This document shows positions 41,450 through 53,750 of a stretch of 64,000 nt of DNA, in pieces; within the stretch, counting starts at the first letter, position 1, and each line of letters begins with the position of its first letter. Origin of the DNA: Octopus vulgaris. Taxonomy: Eukaryota. Location: assembly GCA_951406725.2 (NCBI GenBank), contig OX597826.1, positions 33,108,001 through 33,172,000 on the forward strand. The letters run 5' to 3'. Below the pieces are notes generated by a model, which made no database searches, was not told the origin of the DNA, and was given only the letters and a program-made list of their open reading frames with translations. Both the position numbers and the translations under genes were made by a program.

Positions 41450-41452
<3 letters not shown>
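41035..41452. repeat. Near-perfect fold-back with ~207-bp arms, 5-nt spacer and a hammerhead-like motif in each arm
   Basis: Arms 41035-41241 and 41247-41452 differ by one indel, with spacer TTTGT. ORFs 40894+ and 41357- share the peptide FRNGHIASLANKNTRTIYLVLFCFSDIYFLH. Motif CCA-CTGATGC-G-GTCAC-AGGAGT-GTGAC-GAAAG-AA-CTT-TGG. Confidence 0.95.
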
Positions 41453-41508
<56 letters not shown>

Positions 41509-41891
41509 GCATACATATATACACATATATACATTTCATATATATGTATCTACAGATATGTAGTCAAGCACTTACATATACTCACATGCATGCATATTTA
41601 TATACACGTATACATATGTACCTGCACACTTACATACCTACGTTTGCTATTTTCAACTGCATTTAATTTCCCCAAAGAGAATCGAAAGAATTCAAGCCGC
41701 AATGCCAAAAATCCAATTTGATGCTATTTGACAGAATTCTTGCTTTTCTCACAAAACCAAACTTCCTGACACAATACTTATGGTAATCAAATGTACCAAA
41801 CTTGTATGGTTTTTTCATAAAATCCTCTTTACATTCTTGTAAATAATCGTAGAACTGCTCTCATATCTAGCTATATCATTATTATTATTAC

Positions 41892-41949
<58 letters not shown>

Positions 41950-42576
41950 GAGTGAGAGAGCAGTGCATGGCATTAAGTGACACTGGGGTAAAATATACGA
42001 AGCTCAGTATACCCATCATAACTCCCCGTCTGATAAGGGTATACCAGGCACATGCATCACAACCATATGTGCGCGACATGGTGATCTCATATCAAGATAA
42101 ACAGAACATGACCTTACAGGAGGGGCCCAGTTAGAATTTTCTTCTGGTGGAGTAGCCCATCCTGCTCAAAGATCCCTGAGTAAGGATTGTTTAAAGATGT
42201 TGAACGAACCACCCATGATTCCAAAGGTGAATTATCTAAACCTCCAAAGATTTCCTTTCAACACACAGCTATGATGCTCCCCCACTACTTCTGCTTGTGA
42301 GCAGAGATGCACATATCGTCAGCTATTAAGGGACATAGTCAACTGGTTATGGTCAAACAACTAACAAGCTGGTTATGGTCAAACAACTAACAAGCCACTA
42401 AGGAACATGCTCAACTGGTTCTTGACAAACAACTAACAAGCATTTCTGTGGTATTGAGCAGAATATTTGCTGTAGCCCATCTTTTATACCAAGACAAAAC
42501 AATGTACATGATAACACTTCCAATCAGTTAAGATCAGAAGCCATGGGAGCCACTGTCTGTTACTGCATCGGGGTAT
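41950..42576 (-). mobile_element. Second copy of the (TAA)n-embedded non-coding element
   Basis: Reverse-complement homologue of 14306-14862 with an internal duplication/triplication of CTGGTT.T..CAAACAACTAACAAG at 42343-42441. Confidence 0.85.
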
Positions 42577-43120
42577 TTATTATTATTATTATCATTATCA
42601 TCATCATTGTCATTATCATTAGCGAATGTTGGAATGTTGGAGAAAATGCTCTTCGTCATTTCTTCAAGCACTTTACATTCTTCTGAGTTCAATTATTACT
42701 GAGCTCAACTCTAACTTTCCTAGTTTAGCAAAGCTTTGTACACACCAGCAAATTTTTTACTTGCAGTTTACATATCAATACAACAGTTCCTAATGGGCAG
42801 CAAACAAGGAGTTGCTGCCAATAGTCAATGAAGCCTAAACATCCCTATACATGTCTTGCAGTGTGATGATGCCATTTATCACTTAGGTTCTGTGTATGTT
42901 TCACAAATTTTGTCTATAAGGAAAATTTTTCAGCCTAGACATTATCCACAGTGAAAGTCTTTTCACATGTGACTGTGTATAAATATCTTAAATGTGTACA
43001 GCTTTATTTCAATCATTGCTGCTTTGGCTTTCGTAAATTTATTCTAACAGCTAGAATATTCTTTGCTAACTGCATATAAGAATAGTAGTTCTTGAGGGAC
43101 TACGAGCAAAGGAGTTGCTT

Positions 43121-43167
43121 GCTGTTGCTGATGAGGTGTAATAACAGAGAAACAGATGTCCTACAGT
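43121..43167 (+). ncRNA. Hammerhead-like motif with intact core and damaged stem II
   Basis: CTGTTG-CTGATGA-GG-TGT-AATA-ACA-GA-GAAAC-AGAT-GTC-CTACAG. Confidence 0.6.
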
Positions 43168-43279
43168 CCTGTAACATTGTTTATTGCTCAGCTTGGTGTA
43201 TTTCGCACTGTTATTATTAAGCTAGTTGTACCTGTATTAGCACGAGAAATTTTGAATGAAGGGTTTAATTTGGATCACG

Positions 43280-43620
43280 TTAACCCTTCTGTTACCATAT
43301 TTGTAATGAAATATACTGCTTTCAGTAGAAATAGTTTTGAAAATATTGTAGAATTTAGTAAGCTAACTTTGTAATCATTAAGCTGATGTTTGAAGTACAA
43401 ATTAAAATGAAATTTTGATGGAAAGTTTTGACTAAAATCCTTTTAACCTTTTCGATGCCAAAGCACCAGAGGCCACTCTCGGTTGAATGATACAAATTTT
43501 CTGTTTTGAAGTCTTCTAGATTTAAGTCTTCCATTAAAATTTCAGTTTAATTATATTCTAAGCACCAGCTTAATAATGATAAAATTATTTTACTAAATCT
43601 TCAATATTTTCAAAATTGAT
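43280..43620. mobile_element. Two oppositely oriented piggyBac-like (TTAA) MITE fragments
   Basis: TTAA-CCCTTCTGTTACC at 43280 and TTAA-CCTTTTCGATGCC at 43443. The internal sequences are reverse complements of each other and homologous to 60939-61285. Matching inverted ends occur at about 43971-43985 and 44019-44049. Confidence 0.6.
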
Positions 43621-44980
43621 CAAACCTAAGAGCTGAAAAACAGGTCTTCAGAGAAGAACCTCCCCACCTCATGCAAGTGTTTTTACCCTTAACTTCTTAC
43701 ACTCTAAGGTGGACAGGCTGCCTCCAGGTTATAACTTCATGGTGCCCTTCTGATAATATTTGTTTGCCACTTGGATCTCAGAGATGTTTGCATTTAAACT
43801 GCTTGGAGATTTAATCTAGCTGGAACTCCTTTCTGTTGCCTCTACTCTCAAGCTTATATTTAAAACAAACTAAAAAGAACGTTGGTAGTTATGGTAGATG
43901 TGAAACATCAGCAGTGTTAATGCTACCACCATGACATGCTCGGAGTTAATTCCCTTAGTGTGAAAGTATAGTAACAAAAGAGTTAAATCAGAAAATTTGC
44001 ACCTTAGAAGCAAAGGCAGTGACAGAAGAGTTAGTATCTAAAAGGTTAAGGGTACACATGTCTGTGAAATACTCAGACACTTAGACATTGAGTCAATGAT
44101 GAAAATATTAAGTTTGATCGAAGGTGGGGATCTGGTAGAATCATTACCAACACCATCTTTACATCCCAAGTTCAAATTTCACTGAAGTTGACTTTGCCTT
44201 TCATCATTTTGGGGTCAATAAAATATGTACCAGTTGAACACTGGGGTCAATGTAATCAACTTAACCTCTCCCCCAAATTGCTGGCCTTGTGCCAAAATTT
44301 GAAACCATTATAAAGTTGGTCAAACAAAATGACTACTTATTGTCAAATTTGACAGAAATACATTTATCTATGTGCATATACATTTGTGCAATGTGTACAT
44401 GTAGATATATGTGCATGCACATATGTGTGCAACTGCATATCACAGAATATATGTCCAAAGCAAAATATACAAGTATTTAATTTCATATTTTTAATTGATT
44501 TACAAGCTGACAATTTCATATCAAAAATATTAAAATTTTTATAGAACATACAAAATAACACTGAGCGGAAATCTTTTGCAAAGTAGAACCATTTCTACTG
44601 AAAGTAATATTTTCCTAACATGTCAAAAAAATAAAGAAAAAAACCTGAAACTTTCAAAGTTCCATGGCTGGAAGATACTGGCATATTTGATTGAAGTGAT
44701 ATTAAAGAAATGACCTATAAAAATGGCACAGAATATATAAACATCTTCCTCCATTCTGAAACCATCTACAGTGGCATCAGCAACAGATTTTGCATCAGTA
44801 TGATCATCAGTAGCAGAAGCAGCAGCAACAGTAGCAGCATGTATGCCAAATATAGGTCAGTCACAGAAGATCACTGGGTTTCATGAAAGAGATGTCCTTC
44901 AGACAAGCGTGTTTATTAATTTTTCTTAATCAAAGGCATTTTCAGATTTAAGTCTTAAACTATTCCATTTAACATATATG

Positions 44981-45019
<39 letters not shown>

Positions 45020-45023
<4 letters not shown>

Positions 45024-45300
45024 ACACACAAATATACATGCGTAAACACACAGATATACATGCATGCACACACCAGCACACTGGGAACAAAGACACACAA
45101 ACACATACACTTGTGCATCCATACATACAAATAATATATATATATATATATATATATGTTGATGACAAAGATTCCTTCACCACACTCACACACATACACA
45201 AATATACATGTATAAATACACAGATATACATGCATGTACACACCAGCACACTGGTAACAAAGACACACAAACACATACACTTGTGTATACAAACATGCAT
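45020..45300. repeat. ~170-bp-period local duplication in CA-rich DNA
   Basis: CACAGATATACATGCATG.ACACACCAGCACACTGG.AACAAAGACACACAAACACATACACTTGTG at about 45049 and 45219. Confidence 0.85.
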
Positions 45301-46089
45301 ACATACATACATACACATATACATACATACATGCATACATATATATATGTATGTATTTATACATATATATATGTATAAATGGCGGTGCCCCAGCATAGCC
45401 ACAGCTCGTGAGCTGAAACTGAAGTAAAAAAATATATATATGTGTATATATTGATGACAAAGATTCCTTCACCATACACACACACACACACACACACAGG
45501 TATTGGGCAACAATATCGATGTTTCCTGAACTTCTTCCTTGAATTTGTTAGAATATCTACCTGGAAACACAAACATGGCTGTTGCCCAACACACTGACAT
45601 TACCAACCATTCACGTTTGACAATCAATACTGCAAAACAGTTGAACAGTTCATGGGTTTGGACATTAACAACTGCCCTTACAACCAAAACAACGACAACA
45701 ACAAGAGGTTGTCTTAATTATATCTGGTGGACTGTATTTGCTCAGATGTGGTTATGTGGTAAGAAGTGGTTCTGGGTTCAGTCCCACTGCTTAGCACCTT
45801 GGTCAAGTGTCTTCTACTATAACCCCGGGCTGATTAAAACCTTGTGACTGGATTTGGTAGATGGAAACTGAGAGAAGCCTATTGTATATATGTGTGTGTG
45901 TCTGTGTGGAGAGATCAATTCATTTGACTAAATTTCTTCAAGGCAGTACTCCAGTATGGCCACAGTCTAATAACTGAAACATATAAAAGAAATGCAGCTT
46001 TTACTTGCATTGTCTTTTGACTTCTCATCCATCCATCCATCTATCCATCTATCCATCCATCCATCCATCCATCCATCCATCCATACTAG

Positions 46090-46555
46090 TGGCAACTTCT
46101 TCAAAACCTCCAGCTTCTATATCTGGATTACAAATTTACATTTATACCAATAATAACTGGAGCATTTTGTTTTGTAAGTAAATGCTTAACTGTCAATCTG
46201 GATAGGCTTGGATTTTCAGGGAAAATAATCAACTAACTGACTTGCACATTACAACTGCAGTTTGTAAGTGGAATGGTAAAAATATGCAAGACTTTCCTCA
46301 GGTTTAAAATGTGACATTGTTTTCATTATCTACATTCCAAAGATGGAACTTTCTATCTTTGTTAGAATGTAGTTGTTTCTTGAGAGGAAGAATTTAGGGC
46401 TTAAAAACAGAAGAGGTATACATACATATATACACGCATACACATACATACATACATACATACATACATACATACATACATACATACATACATACATTAC
46501 ATACATACCTGCATACCTGCATACATACATAGACACACAGACATACCTACATGCA
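46090..46555 (+). mobile_element. Second copy of the (TACA)n-tailed RLE LINE 3' end
   Basis: [32 protein letters not shown]...VSGMVKICKTFLRFKM* aligns to 331-552, followed by a homologous 3'UTR and (TACA)n. Confidence 0.8.
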
Positions 46556-46634
46556 TACATTTTTAAAACTTATAAATAAAACATTTAAAATGTTATACTG
46601 AACTTTAATAATTGGTGGTTGTTTTTGTTTAAAC

Positions 46635-46922
46635 CAGTGGTTCCCAAAGTGGACAATATTGACCCTCTGGGGGTGGTGCAAAGATCCAATGGGGCACTGA
46701 AGTAAAGTGGGGGCAATAATGGGGCGGTCCCAAAAGAGCGATGGATGTAAAACCACAAAATAACGGGGTTAATATAGAAGTTAAGTTTTATTTGTGAAAT
46801 ATTGTTGTTTTGAAATTGTTTCAGGAAGTGGTCAATATTTCTGGTGGTGAGTCGGGTGGGGTGCTAGAAATATGGCCCTGATGCCAAGCGGGTGTCAACC
46901 TGAAAAAGGCTGGGAATCACTG
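46635..46922. mobile_element. hAT (Charlie-like) MITE, 288 bp
   Basis: TIRs CAGTGGTTCCCA / TGGGAATCACTG; 8-bp TSD GTTTAAAC / ATTTAAAC. Confidence 0.88.
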
Positions 46923-47796
46923 ATTTAAACCATGGAATATCCACAAGGACACTTCCTCGGTTCCTGCACAGATTTGAACTCAGAAGCTGGAAAGAAGGAT
47001 GTCTAATTAATCATTGGTGGTGATTTTGTTTGTCATTTTAATATCTCTGTTGCTCCACCGCCCCCCTGTAGATACATAATGATATTTCATGAGTTGGTTC
47101 AGCAGATATGTCTTGAGAGACATTTGACTATTGCAAATCAACATGATGCCATCTTGTTTTTGCATGGATGTCTGCTCTATTAAGATATGTGACTTATATA
47201 TAGAGAGAGCATCTCACTCTCCCTCCCTCTCTTTCTCTCTCTCCCTTTCCTTCGCTCTCCCCTTCTCCTCTTCCTTCTCCACCTGTCTCTCTCTCTTTCT
47301 CTCTCTCTCCAAGTTCATCTATGAGAGAGTTACAAAATGCACATCTCAGTGATAATGATTACACTATAAAGTTGTGTATTTGCATATGCGTTTGTGTGTT
47401 AGAATTCGAGTTTTACAGAATCTTCACAGCTCTTTAATACGAGAATATTAGATGACTGAAATAGTGGACATTTTGGCATGTTTACCAAAGTGGAGGTGAT
47501 TCCTATTCTGTCACAGCTGCTTTGCAAAGACAATTAACTTGCGATAACCTTGACAAGCAAAATGTAAACAAATGCCAGCAAAGTTTATATTTCACTGTTG
47601 TAAATACTTTGGAAATTCAAACTCGGTGCGTGAATTCTTTCCATATCCAATTATATAACAACATATAAACGAAGGTGCGGCTGTGTGGTAAAATGCTTGT
47701 TTCCCAACCACAGGAATCCAGGTTCAATATCTTTTAGCATCGCTCTGGGCTGACCAAAGCTTTGTCAATGAATTTGGTTGACAGAAACTGAAAGAA

Positions 47797-48210
47797 GGCG
47801 GCGAGCTGGCAGAATTGTTAGCATGCCGGGCGAAATGCTTAGCGGTATTTTGTCTGCCTCTATGTTCTGAGTTCAAATTCCGCCGAGGTCGACTTTGCCT
47901 TTCATCCTTTCGGGGTCGATTAAATAAGTACCAGTCATGCACTGGGGTCGATATAATCGACTTAATCCGTTTGTCTGTCCTTGTTTGTCCTCTCTATGTT
48001 TAGCCCCTTGTGGGTAATAAAGAAATAGGTATTTCGTCTGTCTTTACATTCTGAGTTCAAATTCTACCGAGGTCAACTTTGCCTTTCATCCTTTCAGGGT
48101 CAATAAATTAAGTACCAGTTACACACTGAAGTCGATGTAATCGACTTAATCCCTTTGTCTGTCCTTGCTTGTCCCCTCTATGTTTAGCCCCTTGTGGACA
48201 TAAAGAAATA
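47797..48210 (+). mobile_element. Dimeric SINE family B inserted in a SINE family A head
   Basis: 14-bp TSD AGAAACTGAAAGAA at 47783-47796 and 48211-48224; full unit 47797-48028 plus a 5'-truncated unit 48029-48210. Confidence 0.9.
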
Positions 48211-48504
48211 AGAAACTGAAAGAAAGCCTGTTGTCTATATAAATATATATGTGTATAATGATAAAATTAAATTGATATATAATTGAAAATTCAAGAATTT
48301 ATTTATACTATAACATATGATATAAGAATTTCTAATTGGTATGTAATTGAATGGTTAACATTCATGCTCATCATACATAAGCATTTGAATTAGTTTTTTA
48401 CAATCCAGCTGTCCTTTCACATGGAATTTCATCTTTCATTAAACACTGCCTGTGAAGAGACATATATAAGGGAATTGTTTATATATTAAAAAATGTATAT
48501 AAGT

Positions 48505-48832
48505 TTGTGACACGTAAAAAGCATTATCTGGATATGATTGATGCCAGGCCTGCCTGACTGGTTTCTGTGCTGGTGGCACGTAAAAAGCACTATCTGAACA
48601 TGATCGATGCCAAGCCCGCCTGACTGACTCCTGTGCTGGTGGCATATAAAATGCACCCACAACACTCTCAGAGTGGTTAGTGTTAGGAAGGGCATCCAGT
48701 TGTAGAAACATTGCCTGATCAGATTGGAGCCTGGTGCAGCCTTCTGGCTCTCCAGACCTCAGTCAAACTGTCCAACCCATGCCAGCATGGAAAACGGACG
48801 TTAAACAATGATGATGATGAGGATGACGATGA
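48505..48832 (+). mobile_element. (GAT)n-tailed retroposon with ~67-bp 5' tandem units
   Basis: CACGTAAAAAGCA.TATCTG...CTGTGCTGGTGGCA repeated, then GTTAGGAAGGGCATCCAG...GGACGTTAAACAATGATGAT. Other plus copies at 39865-39982, 51500-51790 and 61099-61238. Confidence 0.85.
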
Positions 48833-49517
48833 AGTCAAAACAAATTGTTGGTATTTTGATATTTTAATAATTGTTTATGCTATCTTATATTATGTATTAT
48901 CATATTCATAGCATATTATCTAATATTATAATATAAATATATTATTGGATTGTCAATGATATCTCTCAACTTAATTTTATCTTTGTAATTTGCATTATAT
49001 CAATATTTATATGGTATCCAACTGACGTACCAGTGAATTGGAAGCTTCACACACTCATCTGAAAAAAAGTATTTTCCTTAGTATGTTAATTTATATATGT
49101 ATATATATTTCTGTGTGTGTCTTTTTATTTGTGTTTGTTCCCCACCACTGCTTAACAACTGCTGTTGGTTTGTTGATGTCCTTGTAAGTTAGCAGTTCAG
49201 GTAAAAGATACTGATAGAATAAGTACCAAGCTTTACAAATATGTACTGAGGTCAATTTGTTTGATCAAAATCCTTCAAAGCAGTGTCCCAGTATGGCTGC
49301 CATCCAATGACTGAAAACAAGTAAAAGATAGATATTTCTTAGCATTTGATGCCAAAGGAGTCGAGGCAAGAATGAGTAGATCTGTTGTCTTAAAGAGAGA
49401 CTATTTAGAAAAGAATCAGTAACTAAAGATCTCAGAGTCTTTTATGTTACTCAAACATATTTTTGCTTTATCAGTTCCTCAAGTTATTTCTGATCTCATC
49501 TCTGTGTTTGTTTGAAC

Positions 49518-50539
49518 CTGTGGTTCTTAGCCATTTTTTTTATCTATGGACCTCTTTGATGACTATCCTATTCTGGTGTACCCCCATAGCCATTCAATGT
49601 TTCAAGACTAGTTTCACATACTTCTTTCAAAATTCTTATTTTGTTTTTCACTTGTTAACTTCTGTAGTTTGAACTTTATAAAATGTTAGAGAAAGAAACC
49701 TAGAACTTCCTTGCAATAAATATATCTAAAACAAAATTTTCCGATGGACCCCTAAAATACAACTGTTTACTATAAACAGTTATAGTAAAAAGTAAAGATT
49801 GTTTGCCAACATAACATGGCAGTCCTGGTTTAGGATGAATGTTACTGTAATTTAGCGTCAGGAGACATCGTCTTCAGCTGGCAATAAGACACGATCTATG
49901 TCCTTATGTTTTCAAACAAGGGAATCTAACACCACCACCCAGCGCAAAACAATATCTGTGTTTTGCGGTTTCAGGATTATTTCCCTTCATCAGCACAGAA
50001 TAATTATTCGGCTAGAGGTGGCGCTGCCAAATTCCCATTCGAAATATATAGTTTTCAAAGTGACAACTAGTTACCGATCTATAAATTAAAAAATTACTAT
50101 TTGTAAATCTCACAAACCACGATACACAGATATTGTTTTGAGCTGGGTGGGGATGCTAGATTCCCTTATTCGAAAACATAAGGACACAGATCGTGTCTTA
50201 TAGCCAGCTGGAGACGATGTCTCCTGAGGCTAAATTACAGTAACATTTGTCTTAAACCAGGACTTCCATGTTATGTTAGCAAACAATATTTACATCAAAG
50301 TACTTTTGCTGAATATCTCTCATTGTGAGATTTAGATAGATTACAAAGAGTAATTTTTTAACTTCTGTAGTTTGAACTATATAAAATGTTAGAGAAAGGA
50401 ACCTAGAACTTTCTTGCAATAAATACATCTAAAACAAAATTTTTCCATGGATCCCTAAAATACAACTGTTTACTATTTTGCTTGCATGGCTTCTACAAAA
50501 TACTCAAGGGATCATATGAATCCTGTTTGAGAATCACTG
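49518..50539. mobile_element. hAT-like MITE interrupted by a fold-back insertion
   Basis: Termini CTGTGGTTCTTAGCC / GTTTGAGAATCACTG with flanks GTTTGAAC / ATTTAAAC; internal ~115-bp direct repeat at 49657-49773 and 50360-50475. Confidence 0.65.
49792..50293. mobile_element. Inverted Penelope-LTR-like repeat (~180-bp arms) with a minus-strand hammerhead-like motif
   Basis: Arms 49792-49971 and 50114-50293. Minus strand 49998-49956 reads CTGTG-CTGATGA-AGGG-AAATAA-TCCT-GAAAC-CGCA-AAA-CACAG. Confidence 0.75.
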
Positions 50540-50888
50540 ATTTAAACATACAAACATCATTGTTCTTGAAGTGATCCATGAAAGACATCCAATATATGTA
50601 AAATAATTAAAACTTACAGAAAATATATTTTGCTTGCTCATTTTACATGTGGAGGCTCTACCTGCCACCAACCTTCACTTGCTTCTAAGTAAAGTAATAT
50701 TTCCTCATGGTCATTGAAGACTGGAAACAAACAACATCATTTGTATGGCAAGGATGTTAATTTATAATGATCATCTGATGTGGAGGCAAGACGACACACA
50801 AACACAGGCATACACATTCATTTGGCTATAAAGATATACAAGTATATCAATGTATATCTGTGTTCTGTGTGTGTTTGTGTGTGAATGT

Positions 50889-51072
50889 TGCCATGATAGA
50901 TCGTTAGCCACTACACACATTTTTTTCTTTCCTTGTTTTTTCTGTGTCCCTTTCTGTAGAAGAGCATAGGCTTGAAACATAAAAGACTTTTTCTATTCCT
51001 GAGCGTTATACTAATACATTTGTTTGTTTTGTACACCACCTGTCTTTGTCTTTTGTTTTTTTCGTAAACTCT

Positions 51073-51076
<4 letters not shown>
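50889..51076 (+). mobile_element. Short element with a variant hammerhead-like motif
   Basis: CTTT-CTGTAGA-A-GAGC-ATAG-GCTT-GAAAC-ATA-AAAG at 50950-50985; homologous to 59262-59417. Confidence 0.65.
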
Positions 51077-51118
<42 letters not shown>

Positions 51119-52236
51119 CTTATTTTGATTATATATATATATATGAATGAGAAAATAGAAAAAAATTGATGTACAGGTGTTATTTATATAATGACATTCA
51201 AATTCATGCAGAGAAATTTTTCCTTACAGCTGTTTCCACACCCAATGAATTCAATTACAGAAATAAATTCAAATTCTTATATTTGAAACCAGTCAATTGG
51301 GTAATTATTCCCCTAGGGAGAATTTCCAAAAGGAAGTTACATTTCGACATGTTGGCTAACCTACGACAATCTCAGATGTGTGTATTTTCTTGAATGCAGG
51401 CATTCCAGGATACTTACATCCCTTTAGATCCTTAGCTTTAGATCCTTAGCTAAATAAAGTAAAATTACATGTGTGTGTGTGTTTGCCATGTTAAAATCAT
51501 CCAGTCAATGCTGTAACATGGTTGGCATTTGGAAGGCATCCAGCTGTAAAAATCATGCCAAACCTAACCTCACCCGTGCAAGTGCCATTAAAAAAGCACT
51601 GGGTCCACTCTGCAGAGTCGTTGGTGTTAGGAAGGGCATCTGCCAAAACACACACAGTAACCTAGGGTAGTTTTTCTCTCTGGCCGGCTCCTGTCAACTG
51701 TCCTACCCATTCATGCATGGAACATGGATGTTAAACAATGATGATGATGATAATGATGATGAGGATGATGATGATGATGATGATGAGGATATATATATAT
51801 ATATATATATATGTACATATTTACGGTAGTGTTTTCATCTTCCTTACAGTTGCAGAAAGTGGAATTGAACCTAAAAAGAATCAGTTAGAAAGAGAATCAC
51901 ACATCCATGCCTCTTCCTAGACACACACACACTTGCACACACACTCGCACGTGCACACACACACACACACACACGCACACATATATGCACAAATACATAC
52001 GTACAAGTACACTCGCATAGTGAAAAGTGGCTCATCAGACATTCATAGTGGAAGCGATTAAGAGAGAGAGAGAGATCAACAGTGAGAGAGAGAGAGAGGG
52101 AAAATGATAGAAAGCTTAGAGAGAGAGAGAGAAAGTGTTTAATGGATTCATAGAGACAGATAATTCCATAAAGCTACATGGTGACATATTTCTGTCTACA
52201 TCGTAGTGTGTCTCAAGTGACATACCTATATTTGTT

Positions 52237-52282
<46 letters not shown>

Positions 52283-52520
52283 CATGTACACACACACGGA
52301 TATATATATATTTATATGTAAGTATATAAATATATATATATACATATATACATACACACACACATATATATCTACATGCATGCATTCATACATATACATA
52401 TACATATATATATATGAATATATATATAAATATATATATACATACAAATATATACACTTATATAAATATATGCATGTAAATATATGGGTATATATACATT
52501 CATACATATGTGCATATATA

Positions 52521-52570
<50 letters not shown>

Positions 52571-52577
52571 TATATAC

Positions 52578-52627
<50 letters not shown>

Positions 52628-53680
52628 TTATATAAATATATTTGTAAATATATGTGTGTGTGTGTGTATGAATCTATGACCACACTCGTGCACTAATATA
52701 TATACTTATACACACAAACACACACACACACACTGTATATATATTATAGTACCAATTCACTATGAAGTCATTGATACATATCTATATGAGAAAACTGTTT
52801 GATATAAATTGCTAAACATGAAGCTTGGAATCAACAGAAAATAGAAAAAGATGAAATAAAGGCTTTTTTTTTTCTATTATCTCTGACATAAAATAATTAA
52901 GTTGCATATCACTACTGTTCTTTCTTTCTTTCTGTCTGTCTTTCTTTCTGTCTCTCTTTCTTTCCTTCCTTCTTGCTTTCTTTCTTTCTTTCGGTTTCAT
53001 GCGACCATGCAGTCTTACACTCGAGAGACCACGAGAAGTTGTATTCATGCTTCCCTCAATTTCAATTTATTTGATCATGCAAGTTTATAGAGCTTGTAAT
53101 CACGCAATCATATTGTGTTCTGACAGCGCCGAGAAGAAGCCGAAGCGACATGCTGCTGCATACAAAAACAGGAGCAAAATGGCTGGCTAATATTTGCAGT
53201 GTCCATGTAAAAATTTCAACAAAATTACTAAGTTATCACTTTTAGGATTTTATAGGCTCTCACCTACTCAACATATAAAAATTGCTCTTGTATTCATGAT
53301 GTTCTATTGTTTATATATACATACATAATACATATATATATATAAGTGTGTGTGTGTCTGTGTGTATATATATACATATATATACATATATATACATATA
53401 TATAGGTTTATACATATATATACCTATATATATATGTATATATATGTGTATGTGTGTATGTGTACGTACATACATATATATGTGTGTGTATATTTACATA
53501 TATATATATATATATAAGTTTATATAAATAGTATGCATGTATATATATATATGTATTTATGTGTATGTACATATATATATACTTATATATACACATATCT
53601 ATCTCTCTATGTACCTACTTTCTATTTATTTATCTCTCACACTCTCTCTTTCTTTCCCTCTCTCTCTCTATCTATCTATC

Positions 53681-53750
<70 letters not shown>

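Noticed and set aside
48405-48450. Minus-strand hammerhead-like GTGT-TTAATGA-A-AGATG..CATGT-GAAAG
   Set aside because: Two core mismatches and no convincing stem III or stem I'; too degenerate to call.
50012-50028. CTCF-like site AGGTGGCGCT
   Set aside because: Only the right half of the motif matches and it lies inside a repeat element.
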